DNA of 64,000 bases from Octopus sinensis (Eukaryota). Location: positions 51,274,001 through 51,338,000 of the forward strand of contig NC_043005.1 of NCBI RefSeq assembly GCF_006345805.1. The letters are read 5' to 3'. A model generated the notes under the pieces. The model did not search any database, was not told the origin of the DNA, and saw only the letters and a list, made by a program, of their open reading frames with translations. Shown here piece by piece: positions 51,345 through 64,000 of this stretch. The stretch's first letter is position 1; every line of letters starts with the position of its first letter. The position numbers and the translations under genes were made by a program.

Positions 51345-51915
51345 TGTGCGCGTGTTTGCGTGTGTATGTGCATGTGTGTATGTGTGTGTGTGTGTGTGTG
51401 GATGTATGTGTGTGTATGTGCATGTATGTATGTTGCATGTGTGTGGTGTGTGTAGGAAATGTGTGTGTGTGTGTTCATGTGTGAGCACGGGTGCGTATAT
51501 TCTTTCGCGTGTGTGTATATGTACGTGTGTGTGTGTGTGTGTGTGCGTGCGTGCGTGTATATAGAAATATAATAAAATATAAAATATAATAAAATATAAA
51601 AATGATAATAATAAAAAGTTGATAGGGAATTAAGATTTTGTTGTCATCGATAAATAAAGTACCAGCATAGTGCAACTCTCTCTCTCTCCCTTTCTCTCTC
51701 CCCTTCTCTCTCTCCTTTCCCTTCTCTTTTTCCAGTTCTTATATCTTGCATATTGGTACAAAATTAGGAGGGGTAACAATATAAAACAATATAAAATGGG
51801 GCAATGTAAAAACAAACAAAAAATGAAATAAAGTTGCTTTGTTGCAGGAGGTTGTAGAAACAGTCATTAGGAGGAGTGGGTTGTATTTAGCCCGAAGGGG
51901 ACAGATGTTCGTACA

Positions 51916-52210
51916 TCTTTATATATAAAAGTAAGGTTGTGTGTCTGTCTCCTACGATTTAGATTCCTAACTATTCCCACATTTTGCGGTGCAGTTTAAC
52001 CAAGAGCGGGTATCTTATAGTCGTGATTCATATCGAGCCCTTCTGGGTATTAGTGCGCGTCTACGATGAGTCTACGATTTAAAAAAAAATTTACCATCAT
52101 TTTTTTCCATTTTTAATGCATTTTTTGCTATTTTTTGGCTATAACTCTCTAAAAATGCTTATATAGTTATTTCCCTTACAAACCCGAGCAACGCCGGGCG
52201 ATACTGCTAA
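51916..52210 (+). mobile_element. Complete non-autonomous Helitron nested in a Penelope-like 3' fragment
   Basis: A|TC 5' end, cccg...cggg hairpin at 52183-52198, CTAA|T 3' end (CTRR). Confidence 0.78.
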
Positions 52211-52500
52211 TTATAAATATAACGCTGTTCCAGGTGGAGTCGCGAGTCTGTGGATCCATGGAGCAAAGCGAGACCAAAGACAGAGATGTTAGAGGAGGAG
52301 TGGTTGACCAAGAGAAGTGACGGGAGTGTTCGAACGTAGTCGAACATCCTTTAAATGTTCGGTGAACCAGTCGGCCAGCCGGCGTCCCGTATGACCTACA
52401 AATAGTTTACCACAGAGGTTGCATCTAATATGAGGCCGGAAGAGGTACCAGAGAAGGAATTTGTGATGTGAAGAGTGTACTGGTTGGAACCAGTGAGGGA
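52211..52500 (-). mobile_element. Penelope-like GIY-YIG fragment, continuing at 51840-51915
   Basis: [29 protein letters not shown]. Confidence 0.8.
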
Positions 52501-52883
52501 GGTATATATACATTTATGTATATATAAATATATGTATATATACATATATGCATATATGTATATATACATATGTATATATACATATACAAATATACATATA
52601 TGTATATATACATATGTATATATACATATACAAATATACATATATATATAAATATATGTATATATACATATATATACATATACATATATATATACATATA
52701 TATGTATATGTATATACATATATATGTATATGTACATATATATGCATATTCACATATATATGTACATATATATATACATATATGTACATATATATGTACA
52801 TATATATATACATATATGTACATATATATGTACATATATATATATACATATATGTACATATATATGTACATATATATATGTAC

Positions 52884-52915
<32 letters not shown>

Positions 52916-53848
52916 ACATATATACATATAAATATACTAGCTGACGTTTCCGGTAATTCCCGGGAAAGCGGGGCTTATCCTATGGTTCCATTCTCATAAT
53001 TGTTTCGCTAATCCAATAACAACAGCACAAAGTATGTAGCCCTTAAAACGGTTTTTGTGCATTTACAGACAATATCGAATTATGTTACACAGGATCTTGT
53101 TTCTAGGAATTCCCAATAAGTTATGAATACCAAAATTGTAAAGTCAGTTATGTAATAACATGTAATTAATTACCTGATAGTAAGAATTCAAATAAAGTAG
53201 CCTCGAAAAGGGCTTTAATGTGTTCCCAAAGTATATAGAACTTAGGAGGAAATACTAATATGGTATGTATACTAAAATTGTGAAGCATGTTACGTAATAA
53301 AAGGGTAATCAGGTATGAGATAATAACAATTCAAAGTAAGTAACACTTTTGTGCGTTCCCAGAGAATATTACCCTCAGCGGCGCTAGTGTTGGTATATTC
53401 GTGAATAAGTTACTAACCGAAATAAGTAGATCTATTGTTTAGGAAAATACCACTTACTTGTTTAAAGGTTGTACAGGATGAATTGCGAAAATAACTCTAA
53501 CGGTTCAAATACTAAGAAATAAGCATACTCAATTTGATTTATACCAAATGATTTAGGAAAATGAATGGGTTATTTCCCTTGGCCGTTAAAATGAAATATA
53601 TTAGATATATATAAGGATACCTTCCAGAGGCGCAATTATCGAATTTTTCATCAATCTGAGTATGCCATGAGGTTTCCAGACATGAGTACTACACAAGTGT
53701 CAAGTTTCATCAAAATCGATACACGTATGCATTATTATATACACACAAAACATGCACACTCACGCATTATAAATATATAAATGTAGAGATATATACACTT
53801 ACAAATACATAAATACATATATATATATATATACATACATATATATAC

Positions 53849-53883
<35 letters not shown>

Positions 53884-53928
53884 CATATATACATACATAT
53901 ATATACATATATACATACATATATATAC

Positions 53929-53976
<48 letters not shown>

Positions 53977-54000
53977 GCATATATACATACATACATATAC

Positions 54001-54034
<34 letters not shown>

Positions 54035-54122
54035 GCATATATACATACATACATATATATACATATATACATACATATATACATACATACATATACATAT
54101 ATATATATATATACATAATATA

Positions 54123-54160
<38 letters not shown>

Positions 54161-54628
54161 CATATAATATATATATACATATATATATATATACATATAC
54201 ATATATATAATACATACATATATACATACATACAGATATATATACATACATATATTATATATACATACATACATATATATATACATACATACATATTATA
54301 TACATATACATATATATATAATATATATATATACATATACATATATATACATACATACATATATATATATATATACATATACATACATATATATATACAT
54401 ACATATACATACATACATACATATATATATACATACATATATATACATATATATACATATATATACATATATATGCATATATATATGTGTGTATATATAT
54501 ATGTATATATTTACAAATATATATGTATATATATATGTATATACATATATATGTATACATATATATCTACACACACACATATATATATACATATATTTAT
54601 ATACACACATATATACATATATTTATAT

Positions 54629-54660
<32 letters not shown>
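52500..54660. repeat. (TA)n/(CATA)n microsatellites (52500-52935 and 53760-54660) around a probable Helentron-like element (52936-53720)
   Basis: Direct inspection; actagctgacg start and caagtttcatcaaaatcg end suggest a DINE-like element. Confidence 0.7.
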
Positions 54661-54665
54661 CATGC

Positions 54666-55095
54666 TTTTTATATAAGCTTAAAGCTTATGGCGTTGAACG
54701 TGCAATGACTAAAGAAAATAGTCTAATAAAGAAGCATATAAGCCCTCGATAGAAAAAAGAAGGCTTTCCTATCCGTGTGGGAATCGAACCCACATCCCTT
54801 TGTTAGCGCAACTAAATGTGTTACATTTACACCAGTGAATCAGCCTGCCTTTTCCTGTCAAATTTAAGAACTATAATAGTCGTGATAGTTCTTCAATTTG
54901 ACAGGAAAAGGCAGGCTGATTCACTGGTGTAAATGTAACACATTTAGTCGCGCTAACAAAGGAATGTGGGTTCGATTCCCACACGGATAGGAATGCCTTC
55001 TTTTTTTTCTATCGAGGGATTATATGCTTCTTTATTAGACTATTTTCTTTAGTCATTGCACGTTGAACGCCATAAGCTTTAAGCTTATATAAAAA
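54666..55095. repeat. ~430-bp fold-back element with ~210-bp arms, a 10-nt loop (54875-54884) and a tRNA-like T-arm/B-box in each arm
   Basis: Arms are reverse complements; GTGGG-TTCGATT-CCCAC-ACGGA at ~54966-54987. Confidence 0.93.
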
Positions 55096-56089
55096 CACCA
55101 TTATTATCATTTACAGGACTGTAAAAATGGTGCCGTATAAAATAACCATTCGCACTGAAAGCATATATATATATATAATTTCAGATAAATTTATATCATA
55201 TTCAGATAGAAAATGAGATTCAATAAGCCACCTTCTTCTCTATGACACGTATTGACCACTTCTCATTTTCTCAACAAAATTCAGCATTCTTATTTACATA
55301 TATCTACACACTACACACAGACACACACACACACACAGCTTGTCTGGTAACTACTTTTCACTTTTAACATTCAGTGCAAAAAAAAATTGACACACACATA
55401 CATATATATAATGTAAGAATGTGGGGTGGGGGTGTATGTACATGCATGTCTGTCTGGCAACTTTTGTGTGTTTGTACATGCATATCGGTGGCGTGTGTGT
55501 TTGTGTACTTTAACTATTTGATGCTCTGTTGTTCTCCGAAATTATTCTAACAACACAGTAGATCTTCCGTTCGTTTCCTTCGAAGACTTCCATAAAACTT
55601 AAATTCTAGATTCAGAATTTGACGTCCTACTGGACTTTCTAATTTAGCTCCGTAAGAACCTGAGCTGGTATTTGGTAAAGTGTTTGAAAACATATTGAGC
55701 TTGTCTGGTAACTCCTTTTCAGTTTTTAACATTCCCTGAAAAAAAAAATTGACAAATATAATTAGTGAGTTTGTGAAATCTCGATAGAAAAATCATTAGT
55801 AACAAAAATCATGACGACAAGGTTGTTGGTGGCGGGGCTGGTGATGATGATGATGATGATGGGAATGATGACTATGACGACGTTGACAAGAACAATAATA
55901 ATGACCTTCAGATGAGCGTAGCATTACAATACCAATTTACAGTTTTAGAGGAAGAACGGAAGAGGTGTGGAAGTGAGATAAAGGTATTCATATTATAGAA
56001 AATATGTATCACATCTATGGCACAGTCCTCTTAATACATGATCATCCAGATCACTAAGAGCACAAGCCCTAGTCCAAATATTGTTCTCG

Positions 56090-57000
56090 AATCTACTGCT
56101 GCATTCTTAGAGCAGATCCATTCACCCTAGCCATTACTGCAATAGTTACCACCTTTTTTTAACAAAACGCAATAGGAGAGAGCGCGCTTCTCTCCCCACC
56201 CGAACTTTCCTTTCCAAGTGGAACATTAAAACGTCGATGAGGGCTTGACTAGGGGAAAGTGCCTATCACCAACCCTTTCTTCTTTGTCTATCACACAACC
56301 TCTTTCGCTATAGCCGATAGACCAGTGGTTCTCAACCGGGGGGGGTCCATATGACTCCTGGGGTTTCATGTAAGATTTTTGGGGTCCACATAAGCAAAAT
56401 GGTAAATTGGAGACAGTAGTATTTTGAGGGCCCGTGAATAAAGTTTGCTTTGAACGTATTTATTTCAAGAAGCAACTAGGTTTCTTTCTCTGACGTTTTA
56501 CATAGTTCAATACGTTTCCCGGCCTTTGTAACATGTTCTCTCAGAGAGAGCTATTGTAAATCTACACAAGTGATTAGTGAAAATAGGAGTTTTGAAAGAA
56601 GAATCTATAAAGCTAGTTTTTAAATATGGAATGGCTATGAGAATCCACCAGAGTAAAATAGTAATCAAAGGAGCCCATAAGTAAAAAATGGTTGAGAGCC
56701 ACTGCACTAAATAGAGGAACAGTACCTGTTCTGTCTTGTTAAAGGTGGATTGTTTAGGGATCCTCACGAGGGACTCAGCCAATAGTCGGATTCGTCCTGC
56801 ACTTGATAACAGCTGTTCGATATTACTCCCTAAGTTAGCAATATTCGGTCACTAAGCGAGTACTTGTTGTATGGTTTCGTCGCTTTGCATGCAATTTGAG
56901 CAATTCTGCCTGGCAGCATATCGTTGCTGGAAGTCAACAGTGGCATATTCGGGAAATCTAGTGAGACAGTTTGAAACGTATGAGTAGGTTTTTGAGGTTT
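56090..57000 (-). mobile_element. Tx1-like LINE 3' fragment interrupted by a hAT MITE
   Basis: SDET...EQLLS..GRIRL.AESLV and V..A.MAR.N...L homologous to 6014-6420. Confidence 0.65.
56323..56704. mobile_element. hAT (Charlie-type) MITE
   Basis: TIRs cagtggttctcaacc and ggttgagagccactg. Confidence 0.85.
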
Positions 57001-57165
57001 TTGAACCCCCTTCTATTGATTTATTCTACACAAACCCATCGAGTATCTAAAACATCGTTATAATCCCCCACTAGTACCAAAGAGTTGAATGTTCTGAGAA
57101 AGGTTAAATAACGGTTTCGAATTTTGGCACAAACCCCAATTTTAGTCGGTAAGGTTAGTCTAGCA

Positions 57166-57522
57166 CTGCGGTTCTCAACCGGGGTTCATATGGCCACTGA
57201 AGACCCATATAAAATTTTGTGGGGTCCACACAACAAAATAATAAATTAAGGATACACAATAATATTTTAAGGGTCCCTGAAAAGATTTTGATTTAGATGT
57301 GTGTATTGATATGTATTGCAAGAAACAACTAGGTATCTTTTCTCTAACATTTTACATAGTTCAACCTACACAAGTTAATGCGTGAAAAAATAATAGGAAT
57401 TTTAAAAGAAGTTTCTCTAAAACTAGTTTTTAAATATCGAATGGCTATGGTGGTGGGGGTCCACCGGAATAAAATAGTAATCACATGGATTCATAGATAA
57501 ACAAAGTGGTTGAGGATCTTTG
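57166..57522. mobile_element. Second, older copy of the same hAT MITE
   Basis: Internal similarity to 56323-56704; flanks gtctagca and atctagta fit the NTCTAGAN-type 8-bp TSD. Confidence 0.75.
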
Positions 57523-58084
57523 ATCTAGTACATTGTCTTAATTTATCTATCTCGAAATGATGGCAGGCAAAGTTGACGTTGACCAGATTTGAACTCAAAA
57601 TGTAAACGAGGAAGAAATGTTTCTAAGCATTCATACTGCCAGTGGGTTAGCAAAATCGTTAGAGCATCGGACAAAATTCCTTGCTGCAATCTGACAATGT
57701 TCTCACTGAAGTCAACTTTGCTCTTCCTTTTCGGAGTTAATGTGTGTGTGTGTGGTGTGTGTGTGTGTGTGTGTGTGTGTACCGCCCTTGGCCGGAACAG
57801 CCACCTCAGGCACCGGCACCTTTCGCAACCATCAAGAGGAAAGGGCTCAATCACTGGCTACAGATCTACTACTGGAATACGAATTAACACCGAACTAAAT
57901 GAACTAAATACGACATCAGAAGTGAAAGTGTATTGCAATTTGTAAATTTATTCATAGCTTTTATAGCTTTTAACTCTCTGGAAGAGTAGATAGATAACAT
58001 ATAGTAAATAAATATATTCCAGCACTCAAGAGCCTTCGTGTAATAATAACCTTGTATTCCTAGAAAGAAAATTTATCGCTTGTT

Positions 58085-58500
58085 CAGAATTGAAATACGG
58101 CACAGGGCCTAGAATTTTAAGAGAGGGAATTACTTGATTATATCGACCCCTCTGCTCGGCTGGTACTTTATCAACCCGAAAGGGTGAAAGCCAAAGTCGA
58201 CCTTGGCAGAATTTGAAATTAGTTCGTAAAATCAGAAAAAATGCAGCTGAGCACTTTACCCGACGCACTAACGATTCTGCCCCGCTCAACGTCTTGAAAA
58301 ATTACCGAAACTTTTTCTAATGTAGGCTCAAGACGTGAAATTTAGGAGGAAGGGGCATCTTGGTTACATCGACCTCAGTGCTCGATTGGTGTGTATTTTA
58401 TCGATCCCTAAAGGAAGAAAGCAAAGTCGACCTCGGCAGAATTTGATCTCAGAACGTACAACCGGAAAAAATGCCATTAAGCGTTTTACCCGGCATGCAA
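58085..58500 (-). mobile_element. Two tandem SINE copies
   Basis: aagtcgacctcggcagaatttg cores in reverse orientation. Confidence 0.75.
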
Positions 58501-58879
58501 CACTGTTGAAATAATAGCTTCAGATGTTTTGATTCTTATCAAAATCAACATTCTTGAGATTCTGATTCAAAGATGAAGCCCTTGTTTTAAAGAGTTTAAT
58601 TCTATATTACAAAATGGCCTCATAATTTTATGTTAAATCTTGTTCTACACACCGACTTAAATATTTTAGTAAGTCTGTGGAGATCCTTGATTATTTTAAA
58701 AAGTTGTTGTTTGTCCCAAGGTCAATCTTACTGATCAGATGCATTCGAACCGTGACTGGTTCACCTTTTCATGCATCTGGGACTACACTCTCCAATGCGC
58801 TATTCCTTTTTAAAGATGTGATTCGATAGATATTAGTTGCTATATCTAAACTGGTGCACTATTTGGCTCATCAATAACT

Positions 58880-59550
58880 CTTGAATTGTCATATCACATA
58901 GACTCTCATGTTGAACCACGTCGTAGAGACTCCGTTATAGGCTCGTATCACTGAGGCTTCCCGATTGGATCTTATCATAGAAAATCCTTCATTGGTTCTT
59001 GTTATAGACTCTTCTAAGTAGAATCAAATCAAAAGATTTCCCTTCCTTCATTAGCTCATATTACAGGCCCTCCCTCATTGACACTTGTCACAGCGATCCA
59101 TTCACCGGTTCCTCTCACAGATGTTCCTTTGCTGGTTCCTAACAGTGACCCCACCATTGATTTTTATCATAGAAACGCCCTAGTTAGTCTCTATCGCATA
59201 AACTCCCTAGTTGTCTTCTTTCACTGAAAGTTCCTCATTCACACTTGTCATAGAAAATTCCTACTTGGCTCTTATCATACAAGCTCCCTCATTGATGCCT
59301 ATAACAATGACAACTCAGATGGCTCCTTCACCGAGACTCCCTAGATGGCTCCTATTACAGAGACTGCTTATTGGCCCCTTTCATCGACACTTCCTAGTTG
59401 AACCCCCTATTATAGAGACAACCTAGATCACTCCTACCACAGAGACCTTTTATTTTCCCTACTCATAAAGGTTGTTTAGTTAACTCCTAGACGCTTTTGA
59501 ATTGTCTTCTTTCCTAGAGATTAGTTGCCTCCTACAACAGCGACTTCATT
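58880..59550. repeat. Degenerate 27-bp minisatellite (~24 units; consensus approximately ccctcattggctcttatcatagaaact)
   Basis: Unit starts at 59178, 59205, 59232, 59259, 59286 and 59313. Confidence 0.8.
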
Positions 59551-61356
59551 ACATACACATAGCGTATTTCAATAGAAATATAGTCAAAAAGATTACACCA
59601 GACATCTCATTTCAGTTATCAAAGAAATTAAGAGAACGTTTTTGCTAATTACCTTGGAGTCAAATTTCGCTAAAAATCCCCAATTCTTTTCCCTGTAAAA
59701 ATAAAAAGAAAAGGAATATAAAAATTAGATATTCTTTCTTATAAACATAATATTGTGTTAGTTTTGGGGTGTGAGAGGGAGCAGAACAAAGTTTTCTTAT
59801 ATTTTTTTTTAATGTTTTGCAATCTTGTACCTTTCTCGCATGTTTGAAGACATTTCCCAATTTAATCGCATATTTCCATATCACACGCGCGTGCACGCAC
59901 ACACACACAACTAGAGGCGGTGTCTCAATATATTTGTTCACCTTCCTAAAAAATAAATGGCCGAATTTCCCTTAAATCGTTCTCAAATCTCATAAATAAA
60001 ATATACAATAAAAGACATCGCTGGTTTACAAATTGACGGGATGGTCACTGATGGAATGCCTTTGACCATCACTTTGATCAGGGCTGACCAAAGGCTAAAC
60101 CGTAGCAGCAACAACAACTGATGGACATCCAAAGCTTAAATGGTGTTAAACATTCCAGAATTTATTGTGGTGGTTCATCATTTTTGCTTTTATGCAATAT
60201 GCTAAGTATTTAGGCACACTGAAGAGTATTAAACTATAGCTTTAAGCTTTAGAAAATTCATACTAATGCTTGAGTGTCTTGAACAACCTGTTATAATTAT
60301 GTTATACACAAATATAGGCGCCGGTATAAGAGTGTGAGAAAAAGCTTGTTTCTCAACCAGACAGACAGGCAGAGAGACAGAAGCCATCAATGGAACTGTA
60401 AAAATTTGTAAAACTTTCCGGGAGTTTATGATTTAAGTATAAATGAGCGTTCTGGACATGCAACTCTACGCATGAGAGTACATACGTAAAACAAAAACCT
60501 AAAAATTTTCACATATGCATACATATATATCTACATACATACATATATATACATACATACAAAAATACCTTGTTGATGTTGTTGAAATTCCGATGAAGGG
60601 GCCTTGGATCTAGGATAGAAACCAGCTCTTTTCTATTTACAAGAAATCTTAAAATAAAACTGAATGAAATACATACATTCATACATATATATACATACGT
60701 ACGTACGTACGTACGTACATACACACACACACACACACACACATACATACACACATTCTTACATACATACGTACATATATTCATGTGTGTGTGTGTGTGT
60801 CAATGTATGTGTGCGTGCGCGCACGTTTGCGCTTGTTCCTCTCCACCGTTTGTCAACCGGTGTTGGTTTGTTTACGTCCCCGTAACTCAGAATAAGAGAC
60901 CGATAAAATAAGTATCGGGTCTAGAAGAAAAAAATGTTGGGGACGATTTGTTCGACTAAAATTCCTTCAAGACAGTGCCTCAGCAGGACCGCAGTCCAAT
61001 GACTGAAACAATTAAAATATTTTTACTTTCCACGCAAACTGCACCAATAATTTTTGCATTTGGCTGGTTAGCACGGAGTCCGGAACACAGAGAATCATTA
61101 TTAATGTCAAAGTTAATAACATGATACAGACAACCACCCGGGCGCAATCCCTATTGACTTGGCTAACTATTCTACAGACAAAACAAATTAATATTACCAT
61201 TCCTTCACCAAATGATTTTCTCCGTATACATATTCTCTCCAGATTTTATCTTGAGCGACAAAGTCGATTCCATCTTGTTCTTCTTGAGCTTGTCTGGACT
61301 TTAGATTATGGCCGCTGGAGTGTTTCTTGCTGCTTGGATTGGAACTATATAAAGAA

Positions 61357-61397
<41 letters not shown>

Positions 61398-61399
61398 GC

Positions 61400-62200
61400 G
61401 CGTTAATGAAGAAAACAGCGAACGTATTGAACTAGAAATCGGTGAACTAGAGGATGTAGCCGAGTTTACGCAATACCAGAGGGCGCACACTCTCCTACCC
61501 TGATGTAATCTCCAGGGATAGAGGCATCCAGCAACAGGACCTCCGTAATGCTATGATGGACCGTGAAGTCTGGCGTAACATAGTAAATTCCATTGTCTCG
61601 ACCACGGTCGAACAATGATGATGATTACGTATTTAGGTAGTAAGATACCGTTTTCAGGTGGCACCGACGAAGATATTAAGACGAGAATAAGTAAGGCAAA
61701 GGACCACTTTTCACCTGTTAAAAAAAGGTATGGAGCGCAAGTGTAATTTCAATAAAGAACAAAATAAGAATGTTTAACACTAACGTAAAAGCAGTGTTAT
61801 TGTATGGGGCTGAGACATGGCGAACAACAGTTAAGTCAAATAAGCAAATACAATCATTCATCAACAGATGCTTGCGTAGTATACTTAAAATTAGATGGTC
61901 CGAACACATAAGCAATATGGAGCTATGGCAAAGAACAAATCAAGTTTCGATTAGGGAGCAAATATTTAAGAAAAAGTGGAATTAGAAAAGACACACCAAA
62001 TGTAGTGAAAAGTGCTTTACAGTGGAATCCGGATGGATATAGAAAGAAAGGTAGGCCTAAAAACTCGTGGCGTACATCAACACAAAAGGAACTAAAAAAA
62101 AGCGGGACATTCATGGCAGAGTATAAGTACAGAAGCGAAAAATTATGCGGCATAGAATTCAATTATAAGTGGCCTATACTCCGCGTTGGAGGGTTAAAGG
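61400..62200 (+). mobile_element. Two adjacent RTE-clade LINE 3' fragments
   Basis: YPDVISRD.GI...DL.NAM.DR..WR with (gat)n tail; then FNTNVKAVLLYGAETW...FINRCLRSILKIRW...GRPKNSW. Confidence 0.85.
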
Positions 62201-62329
62201 CAGAAAAAAAAGAAAAAAAATATATTATTATTATTATTTGGCTGATTGAGGCAAATTTCTACTGCATCACCTGCTACACCGCCGTGTTGCTGGGATATGT
62301 GCAGCATGGTGTGTTCTTTTTGACTGTTG

Positions 62330-62769
62330 GGAGTGCGCGAAACCTTCCCGGTACTGTATTGTTTTAGCTTTTTTACCTGAGGTGTTGTGTTGTGTTTTGA
62401 TGTGCTGTTGCTTGTATTGTGTGTTGATTGTGTAATGCTTTGGTTTCTGAACTTGCTGGTGGGAGTTTATTTCACTGGGTAAATGCCGTATAGAGAGTGT
62501 TTTGTATTAGTGGGTTGTTTTGTTTAGGCTGTATTATTGGATTGATAGTGTCTTGCGTAAGATGTGGGTTGTTCCTTGCAGGACTATTTTTTGGACAGTG
62601 TGTAGTGTTGAGGATCCAAGTATAGCTTCCACATTTTTGTTCATATGATTTTTTTATCATGCCCAATGCTCCAATTATTATCGGTATTGTTTTTACCTTC
62701 ATATCCCACATTTTGAATACTTCAATTTCGAGGTCTTTGCACTTCGACAATTTTTCCACTTCTTTATTA

Positions 62770-62804
<35 letters not shown>

Positions 62805-63081
62805 GAGATTGGTGCCTAGGTGTTGAATGTCTTCCACGATATCTAAGCTTATAATGTACGGAAAGAGACCCTTCAAGATCTCTGACAACAGGCTGGTGTC
62901 CACTCTCATGGAATCAACCAGAGCAAACAAGACTGAGTGCTCTGATAAGTAAAACAACAACAACAACAACAATAATAATAATAATAATAATGATAATAAT
63001 GATAATGATAATAATAATAATGATAATAATGATAATGATAATATAATGATAATAATGATAATAATAATAATGATAATAATG

Positions 63082-63126
<45 letters not shown>

Positions 63127-63678
63127 CGTACTGTGAACAAACCTCAGAAGGAGTCACCGAAAATGAGAAGTGCAAAATCCTGTGGGATGTAATGATCCAG
63201 TGCGATCACCAGACCAGAAATAGGAAACCGGACATTGTTGTGGCAAATAAAAAAGAAAGAACATGTGTGATTATCGACACAGCATGCCCCGGTGACAACA
63301 GGATCAATGTGAAAGAAGACAAAAAAAATAAATAATGACGATTTGAAGTGATATATACGAAGGTTGTGGTCAATGAAGAGAGTAGACGTGATGCCAATAA
63401 GTAATTGGTGCACTTGGAAGTATCAGCACTCAACTACCAAAATGCCTCAAAATGATCGGTGCAAGTGTGAAGGTAGAACAACTACAAAAATCAGCATTGC
63501 TTGGAACTGCAAGAATTCTTCGCTGAGATCTTGAAGCATGACCAGTAAACAAGTGTCGCCTCAGTCTGCTGGCTGTGGCCAGCTGATACTCTCCATCATG
63601 CCCAGCAAAATAAGTTGTGAGTTTTCATATGATGATGATGATGATTTCATTTATTTGCCACAAGGACGAAATAATAAT

Positions 63679-63747
<69 letters not shown>

Positions 63748-64000
63748 AATAATAATGAGTAACTTGTTAGGAAAAATGCCGAATTGAAAGGGCCTAGGAC
63801 CAGATTTAGGAGGGAACAACTCCAGGATTGCCTTAATGGAGGAATAATACTGGACTGGATGACAATAGGGAGGACAATACTCATTATGAAGGATAAAAGC
63901 AAGGGTGATATAGCTAGCAACTATAGACCAATCTCTTGCTTACCATTAGAATGGAAACTGTTATCAGGAATGCTTTCAGAAAGCATTTACGAGCACCTTG
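62330..64000. mobile_element. R4/Dong-like LINE fragments in both orientations within (AAT)n/(AAC)n; an RT fragment runs off the window end
   Basis: LEIEVFKMW.MKVKTIPIIIGALG (- strand); ILWDVMIQCDH...KPDIVV..K...IID.A.PGD (+); GRT.LI.KDK......NYRPI.CL...WKLL (+). Confidence 0.85.

Noticed and set aside
54905-54990. Possible tRNA gene
   Set aside because: Only the T-arm and 3' acceptor side are present; no D-arm or anticodon cloverleaf; kept as part of the fold-back element
58880-59550. CRISPR-like periodicity
   Set aside because: Contiguous degenerate units without unique spacers, in a eukaryotic context
60585-60635. CCGATGA...GAAAC hammerhead-like spacing
   Set aside because: Core, stem II and cleavage triplet are all non-canonical

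Overview
AT-rich animal genomic DNA, most likely cephalopod (octopus-type tRNA-derived SINEs, very long (TA)n/(AAT)n/(GATA)n tracts). It is not prokaryotic: no operons, CRISPR arrays, rRNA or true tRNA genes were seen, and most of the ORF track is microsatellite or transposon noise. Reading splice sites by hand recovers the 3' part of one + strand multi-exon gene (5016-48234). It encodes a predicted secreted SCO-spondin/mucin-like glycoprotein: LDLa - Thr/Pro micro-exons - [Thr-rich stalk + divergent discoidin-like domain]n - F5/8 type C - TSP1 - pacifastin/VWC-like Cys motif - TSP1 - C-terminal cystine knot - stop. Exon phases are compatible along the model except one 2-nt frameshift (exon C2) and one doubtful GC donor. 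The Thr-rich/discoidin-like part is a ~1.61-kb three-exon cassette in tandem, with near-identical introns, diverged edge copies and a 100-N gap. Introns and the downstream flank hold Penelope-like, R4/Dong-like, Tx1-like, CR1-like and RTE retroelements, Helitron, mariner and hAT relics, and dozens of SINEs. Short elements buried in (TA)n tracts carry minimal type I hammerhead ribozyme motifs (24700-24782; 38760-38802 and its mirror copy). Several long fold-back palindromes are present, one with tRNA-like arms.
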